64,000 nucleotides of DNA, taken from Octopus vulgaris. Taxonomy: Eukaryota. Position numbers and translations under genes: made by a program. Under the pieces are notes generated by a model that was not told the origin of the DNA, made no database searches, and saw nothing but the letters and a program-made list of their open reading frames with translations. Shown here one piece after another: positions 25,252-39,188 of this stretch. The stretch lies in the NCBI GenBank assembly GCA_951406725.2, contig OX597830.1:54870001-54934000 (forward strand), written 5' to 3'. Within the stretch, counting starts at the first letter, position 1; every line of letters begins with the position of its first letter.

Positions 25252-26009
25252 ATTTATATCCATGTTTTTGCAAAATATTTCCATTCTTCAGATAGAATTC
25301 CTCCTCCAAGATTTGTTCACAGCAGGAAAAGATAATGTAAAAACAAATATACATTAATGGAATCGGAGAGCGTCTGTGAGTCATGTACGTATTTGGAATT
25401 GTGGTGTATCCATTTTCTGATTAAATGGAACCATGGACGTATCAATTCTAATTAGTTTCTGGTTTTTAGATTTTGGCCTTGGTTTGCAGCAGCGCAACGG
25501 ACATTTATGCATTACGTTAGACTGAGATCCTGTTCATGTGAGGTGGTAGGAGGTGATTGTGCAAAGAAGGAGGAGGAGGAGGGTATGGATGTAGGCATAG
25601 CTGTGTGGTTAAGAAGTTGGCTTTCAAACTACAATTGTGCAGTTTTGGGTTCAATCTTATTGTGTGGCACCTGAGAATGAGATGATTGAGCATAACTGTT
25701 TGGACACTGACCATTTGGCATGGCTGACTAGACATTCAGCCTGCTCTGGTGATAGTATATTTTGGTGCTTGAGGCAACCAGACAGACACACGTACACACG
25801 CATACACACATACACACACACAAACACTTACATGCATACACACACAAACACACACATACATTCACAGACGCACACACACACATACAAGCATACACACACT
25901 TACACACCCACACACACAAACACATTTCGCACACACATACACACACACACACATACAAACACACAAACATATATGTGAATGCAGAAGTATATATATATAC
26001 CAATATAAA

Positions 26010-26135
26010 GAATGAGAGAGGGAGTGAGACAGAGAGAGGGAGTGAGACAGAGAGAGGGAGTAAGACAGAGAGAGGGAGTGAGACAGAGAGAGGGAGTGAG
26101 ACAGAGAGAGGGAGTGAGACAGAGAGAGAGAGAGA
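26010..26135. repeat. 18-bp minisatellite (gagagagggagtgagaca)x~6
   Basis: Direct reading. Confidence 0.9.
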
Positions 26136-26287
26136 GATTACAATTTATAAATTGAACACAGTTGATAGAAACACTGTTCCTCTCATATGCACAGAGAGAA
26201 ACATGCTCATGTACTCACACACACACACACACACACACCTACACACAACACACACATATGTAAAAACACATACAAACACACACATAC

Positions 26288-26336
<49 letters not shown>

Positions 26337-26653
26337 GAGGGAGAGAGAGGAGGAGAGCAAGAGAACCGTTATATGGCAAGAAAAGTCAACATCAAAACAG
26401 CAATACAAAGCAGATGGCACTGACAGGACAGTACCAAAATATGTCATTGCTGTGACACCTTGGGAAAAAAAGTATCTTTTATTGCTGTGTATTCCTATCA
26501 ACCAAAAATCTTGCATGTGAATTTAGGCAAATGGGAACAGTGAATTCCCATTGGAAGGACTGACTCTTCCTGTTTTGTAAGGGACAGATGACTTACTGTG
26601 TCACTCGGTTTAACACCTCCATCTAGATCCTGGCTACTACTTTTTGTCATCGA

Positions 26654-26684
<31 letters not shown>

Positions 26685-26747
26685 GTCGTCGTCGTCGTCG
26701 TCGTCATCATCATCATCATCATCACCATCATCATCATCATCGTCGTC

Positions 26748-26785
<38 letters not shown>

Positions 26786-26805
26786 TGTCATCATCATCAT
26801 CATCG

Positions 26806-26843
<38 letters not shown>

Positions 26844-27481
26844 GTCATCATCATCATCATTTAATGTCCATTTCCCATGCTGACATGGATGGGATAGTTT
26901 AACAGGAGCAATCCAGAGGGCTGCACCAGGTTCAAGTCGTCTGTTTCGGCATGATTTCTACAGCTTGATGCCTTTCCTAATGCAAACCGCTTTACAAAGT
27001 GTATTAGATGCTTTCAACATGGTACCAGTACAGATGCTTTATTATGTAGCACCTGTACAGGTTCTTTTTACATGATGCTGGCCCAGGTGCTTCTCATATG
27101 GCACCAGCACTGGTGGATTTTATGTGTGCCATCACAGGTGCTTTTTACATGGTGCCAATATGGGTACTTCTTATGTGGCACCAGCACAGATGCTTTATAT
27201 GTGGCACCAGCACCTGTGAGGTGCCAACTCATTTGCAAGACAAGGAGAACTCAGTTGAGAGAAGGAGAGGAACTAAGAGGCGTGGCTGGGAGAGGGAGAA
27301 AAAGATAGAGACAGTCAGAGCACGTGAGAGAGGGCCTATCCACAGGGTACGGTGGGAGAAGTAGCACAGAGGGGAGAGAGATGTTCCATAAGAGTGTGAG
27401 GGGAGACATTTGTCTACTTAACTATTTGATGGTACTTGTCTATGAGCTGGGTCAGGTTGTCTATATGGTTGCTTGGCTTGC

Positions 27482-28225
27482 TAGGAAAAACCAGGTACGC
27501 ATGTTGATATGAGACACAGTTTTTGACAACACACTACTGTTAACAACAGGACAACGAAGAAGGAATGTTGATGTAAGTAATTCAAAAATATGGTTTCCAA
27601 CAATATTATTGATGAGATGAACCAGCAAGGTGTGTCAACACAAGTTATCCAAAGACACAGTTTTCAACAACACATCAATGGTATCAATAGGAAGAACCAA
27701 GAAGGTATGTTGATGCGAATAATCCAAAGATATCATTTTCCTCAACGCAATATCATCAATACAAAGAACAAGGAAGGCATCTCAACACAAAAAAATTCTA
27801 AGACACAGTTTTCAACAACATGCTCACAATAATAGGACCACAAGGAAGGTATGTTGATGAGAGTAACCCAGAGATACAGTTTTTAAGAACGGAAGGTTTC
27901 ATGACAAGTAATCCAAAGATACAATTTTCAACAATGCAACAATATTAGCATTAGGAAGAACCAGCAAGGGGTGTCAACACCAGAAATCCGAAGACACAGT
28001 TTTCAACAACACATTAATGATAACAATAGGATCACCAGGAAGATATGCTGATGTGAGTAATCCAAAGACGCAGTTTTCAACAATGCAAAAATATCATCAA
28101 TACGAAGAATCAGAAAGACATTTCAACACAAGAAATCCAAAGACACAGTTTTCAATAATACTCTAATGGTAACAATAGAACCACCAGGAGGGCATGTTGA
28201 TGTGAGTAATCCCAAAACACACTGT
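27482..28225 (+). repeat. Tandem array of ~11 ~74-bp units (left arm of a fold-back structure)
   Basis: aatccaaagacacagttttcaacaa-like core at ~27512, 27587, 27652, 27727, 27800, 27871, 27916, 27991, 28064, 28139, 28213. Confidence 0.9.
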
Positions 28226-28351
28226 TTTGCTAGAAACAACAGCCAAATATCTGTCAATTCACACCTTCTGTGTCTTACAAAATACAGTTCTGGTTACATT
28301 GCCTTTTAAACAAAGACAGGGTGGTCATGGCTACAAGACCTTTAATTATTC

Positions 28352-28767
28352 TTGTTGAAAACTGTTTCTTTGGATTACTTGTACCGACATACATTCTTGG
28401 TTCTTCCTATTGACAATATCTGTTGAAAACTGTGTTTTTGGATGACTTGTGTAGGCATGGTTTCCTTGTTCTTCCTATTGACGATATTATCTGGATGTTG
28501 AAAACTGTGTAGTTGGATTACTCAACATATCTTCTTGGTTGTCCTGTTGTTACCATTAATGTGTTGTTGAAAACTGCGTCATTGAATTACATCAATAAAC
28601 CTTCCTTGCTCTTCCTATTGATGCCATTGATGTGTTATTGAAGACTGTGTCTTTGGATTACTTGAGTTGACATACTTTCCTGCTTCTTCCTATTGATGAT
28701 ATTGTTGCATTGTTGAAAACTGTGTCTTTGGATTACTGGCATTAAAATACCTTCCTGGTTCTCCTAT
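28352..28767 (-). repeat. Same ~74-bp unit, 6 copies, inverted (right arm)
   Basis: ttgaaaactgtgtctttggatt-like core at ~28355, 28423, 28498, 28568, 28638, 28713. Confidence 0.9.
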
Positions 28768-29282
28768 TTAATGAAGTCAGTGACTTTCAGTGCTAAAAGA
28801 TAGATTTATTTCTTGTTGTCCTCTGGAGAAAGAGGTAGGGTAATGGCAGGGATGGTGGTGACGGTGGGGATGAAGGTAGTGGTGGTGGTGGTGGAGGGTG
28901 AAGTGGAGGATGTAAAGTAAGGTGCTAGGGAGAGGTGTCAAATGTCCTCACAATTTGGGTGAAGATGTAATTATAGAAATAACTATTGATGTTTTATAAA
29001 ATATGTGTGTGAGCGTGAATGGGAGGTCATGTGAGTGTGTCAGGCCATGATAGTGTGACTGCGTATGCTGCATGTTTGTGCATGTGTATGTGTTATACAT
29101 GTGTGTGTATGTGTATGTGTGAGTATATATATATATATATATATATATTTACATATGTGTGTGTGTGTGTGCATGCATGTACATGTGTGTGTTGGTGTAT
29201 GTGCATGTGTATGTGTGTGTGCTTGTGCATGTGTGTCCTTGTGTGTGTTGGTGTATGTACATGTGTGTGTGTGTGTGTGCAT

Positions 29283-29314
<32 letters not shown>

Positions 29315-29558
29315 ATGAGTGAATTCCTGTGCATACGAGATTTTATAGCTCTGCATGCATGTGTGTGTGTACGTGTGTGCGTGCATGCGCATGCATGTGT
29401 GTATGTGTGTGTGTTTTTGAATTTATATGAGTGTTTGTAGGAGGTATGTGTGTGTATGTAAATAGAACTTCTTAATCATGGTTGAGAAAGAGAAAGAGAA
29501 TAAGAGAGATAAAGAGAGAGAAGAAGCAAGAAGAGAGTGTGTGTGTGTGTGTGCATAA

Positions 29559-29631
<73 letters not shown>

Positions 29632-29772
29632 TGTGTAATTCCCTGTATTAAGATTAAGAGGAATGATTAACAGGGCAGAAAGAGATTGTGGTCCAACTTA
29701 TAAAGATCTCTGACCTCTGATCTCTAACATTTGGCCCTGTCCTCTTTCCTAGTCTAATTAGACAACAACCTG

Positions 29773-29803
<31 letters not shown>

Positions 29804-30580
29804 GAGCGAAGGTGGTAGCAGTGAATGACTCAGAACTACCTGAACAACAATGATATTGTTACCTCCACAGACACACAAGCAGAACTAACCAAGGTATGTC
29901 TATGACGTCAATCTGTCAGCTAGAAATAGCAGCCAAATCCCTTTCATCAAGCTTCAAAGTCTTCTAAAGCAAAGAAAGGAAACAATGGATAATGTTAAAA
30001 GTTAGATATTGCTTCTTGGACAGGATGGCCATGGTTGGAATGTTAGATCATAAACCTGCTTGATTTGGGTTGACTGTGGCTAAACAACAACCATACCATA
30101 TGAGCCAATGCAAGGTCCTGTATGTGGTTGTTCATTCTGTTAGAAATAGCAGCTAAATCTCACTCCAATTACATGCCTATCATTATCATCATGGTCGTCT
30201 TCATCATCATCCTTTAACATCCACTTTCCATGCTGCTTTGGGTTGGACGGTTTGACCAGAGCTGGCAAGCCAAAGAGTTGCACCAGGTTCCAGTTAGATT
30301 TGACTTGGTTTCTACTTGATTCCTTACTATCTTTAATAAGGAATGTGTCATATTAGATAATGTGTGTGTGTGAGTATACAGTCACACACATACACAGCAC
30401 ATACACACATATATATATAAGTGAACAAAAAAAAAAAAAGGAAAATAGCATTTAACACTTTCAGCTAGAGTTTCATGTATTTAATAACAGTTTGACTCAG
30501 CTCTACTTTACTCAAAGATTCATAAGTGTAAAACACATATATTTCATCAGATGTTCAGAGACGAGCTTCATTCAGCTTTT

Positions 30581-30955
30581 TATTTCTTTATTGCCCACAA
30601 CAAGGGGCTAAACATAGAGGGGACAAACAAGGACAGACAAAGGGATTAAGTCGATTATATCGGCCCCAATGCGTAAATGGCACTTAATTTATTGGTGCCG
30701 AAAGGATGAAAGGCAAAGTCGACCTCAGTGGAATTTGAATTCAGAACGTAACGGCAGACGAAATACCGCTAAGCATTTCGCCCGACGTGCTAACGTTTCT
30801 GCCAGCTTGCTGGCATCTTTCAGTTTCTTGCCCACCTAATCCACTCACAAGGCTTTGGTCAGCCTGGAGTTCTAGAAGACATTTTTCCAATGCACTGTGC
30901 AGTAGGAATGAATTTGAAACCACATTGCTGGGAAACAAACTTCTTAGCCACAGAT
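30581..30955 (-). mobile_element. Adjacent SINE family B (30581-30810) and family A fragment
   Basis: Reverse complements of the family consensus seen elsewhere in the window. Confidence 0.8.
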
Positions 30956-30984
30956 CTATATTATACATAAATATGACTATATGT

Positions 30985-31520
30985 GGAAACACGTGGCTTA
31001 GTGATTAAGGTGCTGCACTCACAATTGCAAATTGTGGTTTCAATTCCCAGACTGGTAATGGATTGTGTTATTGAGCAAAACACTTCATTTCATGTTGCTC
31101 CAGTCCTCTCAACTATGAATGGGTAACCCTGCAATCATCTTGTATCTTGTTCAAGAAAAATGTTGGCCTGTGGTGGTGTGTGGCTTAGTGGTTAGGGTGT
31201 TTGTAGTTTCAATTCCTAGATTAGGTGACACATTGTGTTCTTGAGCAAAACATTTCATTTCACGTTGCTCCAGTCCACTCAGCTGGAAAAACTGAGTAAT
31301 TCTATAATGGACTGGCATCCTGTCCAGGTGGGGAATATATATGCCATGAAACAACTGGGAAACTGGTCCTTATGAGTCAGTATGGCTTGAGAAAGTAACT
31401 TTAATATTCGCCTGCTTGCCTAGCCAGTGATGTGGCATCATCCAAAAGATACAACAAACTGAGGAAGCGTATTGTGACCAGCAGTGTATAACAATATCCA
31501 ATAACATCTAATATCATTGA
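30985..31520 (+). mobile_element. Two tandem family D-related SINE copies
   Basis: tggcttagtg..ttcaattcc..ttgagcaaaacacttcatttca occurs twice; tail shared with 7826 and 20473. Confidence 0.65.
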
Positions 31521-31724
31521 TATAGTGATAAATTGGTGTATGTATGCATGCATTATTGGTCACAAGACACATATGCACTCCACACAGTACACCGTAATTA
31601 GATTAGTCTTAGTAAGGTATTTTTCACCAAAAGTTCTCAATATATGTTGGTATAGGTTATGAAATATTTGAGGCTGATGAGATTAAATCTAAACAAGGAA
31701 ATGAATTAGAAAGTGTCAACTTCT

Positions 31725-32520
31725 GATATACCATACAATGCAATACCATGCTCCACCATACTACACATTACACAACATCATACCATACAGTGCTGCACTA
31801 CACAACACCACTCTACTCAACACAACACCACACAACACTATGCAATACCATATCACATCACACATCGTAACACAACACAACACACAACGCACATCACATT
31901 ACACAACACCACACCACACAATACTACATACCACCACGCAACACTACAAAATACCATACAACACCACACTAAACATATAACCACACAACACCACACTATA
32001 CCACATGACACCTCACAACACCACACTAAATAACTCTGCCACTACACATCACCACATTGCAGAACATCACATCCACACAACACCAGACAATACAACACTA
32101 AATAACTCCACACAATGCAGCTTAGCACTGCTCAAGGTGTCGCAACATTACTCCAGATAACACAACATAAAACAATAATTTACACAACATAAATAGAACA
32201 TAGCGCCTCACAACACAACTCAACACAATGCACATAGCACAACACAATAATATACAACACAACAAAACTCAACACAATACCATTTGGCACATATAACACG
32301 TTACAATAAAACACAATACAGCACAAAAACAATTTCAACACATAACACACCAAAACAACTCCCAGCAGAACTCAACACAACACAACACATCACAAAACAG
32401 TACAACACCACACCAAAAAAGGCAATTTCAACACCACACCATATAACACAATACTGCACAAACACAACATAATTCAAATTCAACACAACTAAGGCCAACA
32501 CTACACACAAGGCAAAGTTG
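31725..32520. repeat. Degenerate (ACACA/ACAAC) pentamer-like C/A-rich tract
   Basis: Direct reading; strong strand asymmetry. Confidence 0.85.
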
Positions 32521-32711
32521 ACACTAACCTGGGTCTCTGAACAAGCCAGAAAGCCCACAACCCAACTAAAAACAAGCAAACTTACTATTAAAGATCCTAA
32601 CTGATGCCATTCTGGAAACAAAGAAAGGAAGAAGACATGAGTGAGAGGCTGGTATAATGTTATGTCACATGAATTTGGTATAAAATATTTCATATATTGT
32701 CCAGTAATATA

Positions 32712-33053
32712 GGCACAGGTATGGCTGTGGTAAGAAGTTTGCTTACAAACCACATGGTTCCATGTTCAGTCCCACTGTGTAACACCTTGGGCAAGTGTCT
32801 TCTACTATAGCCTGGTGCTAACCAAAGTTTTGTGAGTGGATTTGGTTGATGGAAGCTGAAAGGAGCCCATCACGTGTGTATTGGTGTCCTTATGTCCTGT
32901 AACTTAGCAGTTCATCAAAAGAGATCGATAGAATATGTACAAGGCTTAAAAAAATATGTACTGAGGTTGATTCATTTGACTAAAAACCCTTCAAGGTGAT
33001 GCCCCAGCATGGCCACAGTCTAATGACTAAAACAAGTAAAAGATAGATAAAAG
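32712..33053 (+). mobile_element. SINE family A, near full length
   Basis: Head, CORE-like segment and tail are all present. Confidence 0.85.
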
Positions 33054-34404
33054 ATTTATTCAATGATACACAAGATCATAAAAATATAAACTTTGTCTTC
33101 CAAGGTTAATTACAACGTTTTGACTGCATTTTCCATTTGGTATAATAATACTGATGATTGGGAGTAGAAGGAGTAGAAAAAATCGAGGAGGAGGGGTTTG
33201 TTATGATGAGGGTGAATACATTGTAGTCAATGGTGTCTTAAGGAATGAGCATAGTAGGAAGTTGTCCAAGGACTGCACAGGTCTAGGGGCCCACTTCTGA
33301 TCTATGTTTACTGTGACTTGCTGCCAATAAATTAATACTTTAGGGCTCAATGCAATGACTTGCTGGTGATGGCTATAATGATAGTAAGATGGTCCCAATT
33401 GTAGGGGCTAGCATGTGTTGGGTACCTTGGCCTGAGTCTGAAACACAACGCAACAGAACACAACTTCAAAATAAAATGAGAACACAACATAACACAAAAA
33501 CTTCAGCACCGCACAACTGTCACAAAACTAAACTAAATTCTAAATTCAGTATTCCGTTTCTAATAGAATCAATGAAAATCTGAAAAAGTAAAATCAAAGA
33601 CTGATGCCATTGAATCTGCTATTCAATGGAAATCTGTGTCCTTCATTCTTCAATAGACATTTTCAAGATGAAAATAATTTTTTTCTTTTGATTTTGGTCT
33701 GTAGTATTGGTGATGGTGGCAATGGCATTAGTGTTTATTGTTACTGGTGATGTTGGTGTTGTTGTTGTAGTATCTGTTGTCCTTGTTGTTGCAGTAACAG
33801 TAGTGTGCTTTTTTCTTTTTCTTCCTTGAAGCAGATGTTAAATGTAGGCAGCCATTTTACTTCAATCTTACAAAAACCAAACAGTTTCAATTGCGCAACA
33901 CTTATTATCTTCTCAACAGGATCTCTAAATTACTTTCAAGTTTGGCTTATTCTAAGAATAAATTTTAAACCAAATTATTGCTGGCAACAGAACAAATTAA
34001 ATGACATGAACACTAATGATATTTGACTGATTCTAAACACTTTCAGGTGGCGGCCATTTGCAATTTTGGGGGCTATTTATTTTGTTCACTTATTGTTCAC
34101 TTGTTCAGCTTTTGTTCACTCTTTCTTCCTGTGTTTTTGCTTGTTTGTTTTTACATCTTTTTTCATGTTTTTGGTTTGTATTTTTAGTGATTTAAAAATT
34201 GTTTTATTTTATATTTTCATTCGTTTTTTTCTTTTCGTACTGTTTGCTTGTCTGTGTATGAATGTGTGAGTATGTGTCAATGTGTTTGTAAATATCTGCG
34301 TTTATTAGTATGTATGAATTTATGTATGCATGCATGGAAGTGTGTGTGTGTTTGTGTATATGTGTGTGTATGTATGCATGTGGGTAACTTTGTATGTTTG
34401 TGTG

Positions 34405-34484
34405 AATATCTATCTATCTATCTATCCATCCATCTCTCTCTATATATATTTATCAATCTATTTGTATATCTATCCATCTGTCTT

Positions 34485-34542
<58 letters not shown>

Positions 34543-34580
34543 TATATATATATATATATATATTTATCCACCTATTTGTA

Positions 34581-34633
<53 letters not shown>

Positions 34634-34638
34634 GTCTA

Positions 34639-34670
<32 letters not shown>

Positions 34671-34717
34671 TCTCTCTATCCATCCATCCATCCATCCATC
34701 CATCCATCCATCCATCC

Positions 34718-34777
<60 letters not shown>

Positions 34778-34841
34778 GTCTGTCTATCTATCTATCTATC
34801 TATCTCTCCATCCATCCATCCATCCATCCATCCATCCATCC

Positions 34842-34897
<56 letters not shown>

Positions 34898-34910
34898 GTC
34901 TATCTGTCTA

Positions 34911-34942
<32 letters not shown>

Positions 34943-34985
34943 TCTCTCTATCCATCCATCCATCCATCCATCCATCCATCCATCC

Positions 34986-35033
<48 letters not shown>
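34405..35033. repeat. Compound (TCTA)n/(TCCA)n/(TCTG)n microsatellite with a higher-order block repeated ~3x
   Basis: Direct reading. Source of the 321-aa and 251-aa pseudo-ORFs. Confidence 0.9.
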
Positions 35034-36386
35034 GCATGCATGTGCATGCATGTATATGTATCTGCAAGTATGTGTGTGTATGTGACTGGACTGCGTGTTT
35101 GTGCATGTGTATGTGTGTTTCATGTGTGTGTGTGTGTGTTTGCGTGCACGCATGCACGCATCCATGCATGCATGCATGTGTATCTCTCTATCTTCCTCCC
35201 ACCTCACGGCTGACACTTCCAACAGATTCTTACAAAACCCTTCACATTATCAACAGTTTTGGTTTCACACTTTGTCTTTGAATGTTCTTCTTGTTATTGT
35301 TACTGATGGTGGTGGTGGTGGTGGTGGTGCAGCTGCTGTTGTTGTTGCTGTTGCCTTGTGGTAATGATGCTCTTCCTGTTATTGCTGCTATAGTTGTTGT
35401 TGTTGCTATTGTTGCTAATGTTGTTGTCTGTATAATTTTGCCTGCTCGCTCAAGATAGTAAGTTTAATGGACAGATTTACTTCTTTCATTTTCTTTCATT
35501 CCTACTCACTTTCTTTTTTCTGTTATTCTTTCTTGCTTTCTTTCTCTTTTTCTTTCTTTCTTTCTTTCTTTCTCTCTTTCTTTCTTTTTTGTTTTCTTTT
35601 TTTTTTCTACACTTTTCATTTAAAAAAAATTGAAATTTTTCTTTTCTCAAGAACCTTCTGATTGTTGTAAATCAATTTGGCACCAGGAAATCTGTGCAAC
35701 TTAATGTTGTTCTTATTGTTGTTGCTTCTATTGCTGCTGCTGCTGCTGTTGTTGTTGTTGTTGTTGTTCTTCTTCTTCTTCTTCTTCTTCTTCTTCTTTT
35801 CATCATCAAAATTACCACCACCGCCACATTCTTCTCATTTAAAACTTATAAGGTTTAGACATGCAGTTTAAGAGGTTCTACTACCCAATTACACAACTCT
35901 GGTTTTGAGTTCAGTTCCAGTGCAGCTCCATCAAACGAGTATCTTCTACAATAGCCTTCAGTCCAGGGCCCATAAGATCTAAGATTCTACTGGTCCACTG
36001 TCTAGATGCTTGAAAATCAAAGATGGGTCTTTCACTGTCTTCTATGTACCTCCTTCAGTTTTCTTATATTTGGAGAGAATGTTCCTCCCACATCTCAGGA
36101 CCTAAAAGTAGTTTTGTTTCTCTTCACCAAATTTCTCTTGGAATCCTTGCTGGGCCAATCCAAACTTTGTGATGGACATTGTGCGGGCAGAATCTGTCTG
36201 GAGGCCTTTCAGATGGATTATATTTAATCTTGTTTTTGGTTGGGTTAAACTTCATCTCTTATCCTACTTATCTCCATTATCACCTACCTTATGAAGGGAT
36301 TACAACTTGGAAAATCACCTGGAATACCACATGCCAGGGAATTCCATATCATATGTCTAGGATCTTCCAAAACACAAGGTGTCAGA

Positions 36387-36417
<31 letters not shown>

Positions 36418-36529
36418 TAAATTTTATGTTTGTCACCACTTGAATGAAGTGGGACTGATGTTGACACTCCTTGTTGACATTACAACTAGTTGGCTCTTCA
36501 TTTTCCGAGATCTGTGGGATGAGGTGCTG

Positions 36530-37245
36530 GTCTCTAATTGTGGAGAGAACTTGTGGAAGGGGTAGATCCGGGAAGACATGGGACGAAGTAGTGAGAAAGA
36601 ATCTTCAAACATTGGGCCTCACAGAAGGGATGACAGAGGAGTGAAGCTCCTGGCAGTTTTTCTGTGCTTGTCAAGTCAAGCTAAGTAAACACATAGTTGT
36701 CCTTACATACAGGTATGTCCCCTGCATCCTTCTCCTGCTGAAACGAGAAGGTATTAATGTTGCCGGATGGGCACGTCATGTGGAGAGTCAGAAAGGTAAA
36801 AATGCCTCTATAAAGCCTTTAACTGACGAACAGGGGCACAAGATCTATGGACAGGAGGAGATACCCTGTCCACTTCCTGGACCAGTGTCACCACACCCTG
36901 GCTCACATAACTGGGAATCCTCTCATTCTCCTCCTGTCCATAGACCTTGCAGGCTCGTGGGTGCTAGTGTCACATAAAAGGTACCTGTACTAGTGCCACA
37001 TAAATGCACCTATGCTGCCGCTGCGTAAAAGCACCCCATACACTCTGTAAAGTGGCTGGTTTTAGGATGGGCAGCAAACCATGGAAACCATCTCTGAACA
37101 GACATGGAACCTGGGCTGATCTTCAGTTGGCCGGCTCTTGCCATACCATCCATCCCATGCCAGCATTGAAAACAGATGTTAAATGATAATGATGATGATG
37201 ATGATGATGATGATGCTGATGCTGATGATGATGATGATGATGATG
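36530..37245 (+). mobile_element. Older RTE LINE 3' fragment
   Basis: TCGRGRSGKTWDEVVRKNLQTLGLTEGMT (RGRPxKTW motif), followed by a family C-like UTR and (GAT)n. Confidence 0.75.
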
Positions 37246-37558
37246 TCCCCTTCTTGAAAAACAGGTTAGAGTAAGTGACAGGAACAGCATCCAGCTGTCA
37301 AATCTTGCCTCAGAACAATTCCCTATTCAAATATATGCTAGAGTGGCTAAAACAGATGTTAAATAAGTGAAGGATTGAATGATTGTTTTTCAGTATCTCT
37401 TCCTATGTTCATATTCTAATATTCATTCGAAGAAAATTTGTTAAATTTACAGGAAATTAATATCTTTTAGAGCTTTCTCTCATCCATTTATCATCAACTC
37501 AGTGTTAGTAACAAAAATGTGTTGAGATCATTGCCAGTAATGTAAATAACATCTCTCT

Positions 37559-37632
<74 letters not shown>

Positions 37633-37852
37633 TTCTGTCTCTCTGTTTGTAGGTATATATGCCTGAATTTATCTCTCTATGCATGTATGTATGTATGTAT
37701 GTATGTATGTATGTTTGTATGTATGTATATATGTATGTAAGTATGTATGTATGTGTGTATCTCTATCTAGCTACCTGTCCGTCTATCTTTCTGTCAGTCT
37801 GTCTGTCTTTCTGTCTGTCTATCTGTCTATCAAACTTCCCACCTCTCTCTCT

Positions 37853-37885
<33 letters not shown>

Positions 37886-38269
37886 ATCTGTCTGTCTGTC
37901 TTTATCGCTATCTCTTTCTCTCTCTCCAAGTTATATTAACTAATGTAAGAATTGATAACTTCGATTCTGTGTTTCTCTGACATTTACTAAAGACTTAGCT
38001 TCACCAAAATACAAGACATTATTTCTTCTATTAGCCCTAATTTTAATTTCTGTCTGGAAGCTTCCTTCTCAGGAAACACTTATTTTGTTATCTTCTTGAT
38101 GTTTTGTAGTTTATTGTTGTTTCCTTGTTGTTGTTCTTTAGTTTCAAATCAGCTTTAATTGAGCAAATTTATGATCAAAGTGGTTCCATTTCATTGTCCA
38201 ACATTTCCTTCCTTTTTTCTCTCAAAATACTCGGTCAGTATTTAAAGGAGATTAAGGCAGCAGACTAAA

Positions 38270-38650
38270 AGAGTCATTAGGATGCCAGGCAAATTGCTTA
38301 ACAGTATTTTGTTTGTCGACTTTGTTTTCATCCTTTCAGGGTCAGTAAAATTAGTACCAGTTGAGCACTGGGGCTGGTGTAATAAATTATCCCTCCCCCA
38401 AAATTGCTGGGTTTGTACAAAAATTTGAAATCAATATCTAACGGTGGTGAGCTGGCAGAATTGTTTCCCATGCTGGACAAATTGCTCAGCAGCATTTCGT
38501 CTGTCTTTACATTCAGTGTTCAAATTCCACTGACATCAACTTTGCCTTTCATCCTTTCAGGGTTGATAAAATAAGCACCAGTTGAGCACCGGGGGTCAAT
38601 GTAATTGACTTATTCCCTCCCCTGATATTGCCAGCATTGTACCAATATTT
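38270..38650 (+). mobile_element. Two tandem SINE family B copies
   Basis: The ttttcatcctttcagg..gtaccagttgagcac core occurs twice. Confidence 0.75.
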
Positions 38651-38675
38651 AAAGGTGATTTGGCTGCTATTTTTA

Positions 38676-38840
38676 GCGCAGGAGTGGCTGTGTGGTAAGT
38701 AGCTAGCTTACCAGCCACATGGTTCCAGGTTCTGTCCTACTGCGTGGCATCTTGGGCAAGTGTCTTCTACTATAGCTTCAGGCCGACCAAAGCCTTGTGA
38801 GTGGATTTGGTAGATGGAAGCTGAAAGAAGCCCGTTATAT

Positions 38841-38914
<74 letters not shown>

Positions 38915-38919
38915 GTATG

Positions 38920-38953
<34 letters not shown>

Positions 38954-39188
38954 TGTATGTATGTATGTGTGTGTATATGTTTGGGTGTCTATGTTTGTCC
39001 CCGATCATCGCTTGATAGCCGATGCTGGTGTGTTTACTTCCCCGTCACCTAGCGGTTCAGCAAAAGAGACCGATAGAATAAGTACTAGGCTTACAAAGAA
39101 TAGGTCCTGGGGTCGATTTCTTCGACTAAAGGCAATGCTCCAGCATGGCCACAGTCAAATGACTGAAACAAGCAGAAGAGTAAAGAGT
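38676..39188 (+). mobile_element. SINE family A, full length, with expanded internal microsatellite
   Basis: gcgcaggagtggctgtgtggtaag head through the gactgaaacaag tail. Confidence 0.88.

Noticed and set aside
27482-28767. CRISPR-like repeat-spacer array
   Set aside because: The segments between conserved cores are homologous to each other, not unique spacers. Context is eukaryotic and there are no cas-like ORFs.
34248-35213. Longest ORF (321 aa) and the many YLSI/VC/HT/YI-repeat ORFs
   Set aside because: Translations of microsatellites that lack stop codons; no protein-like complexity.
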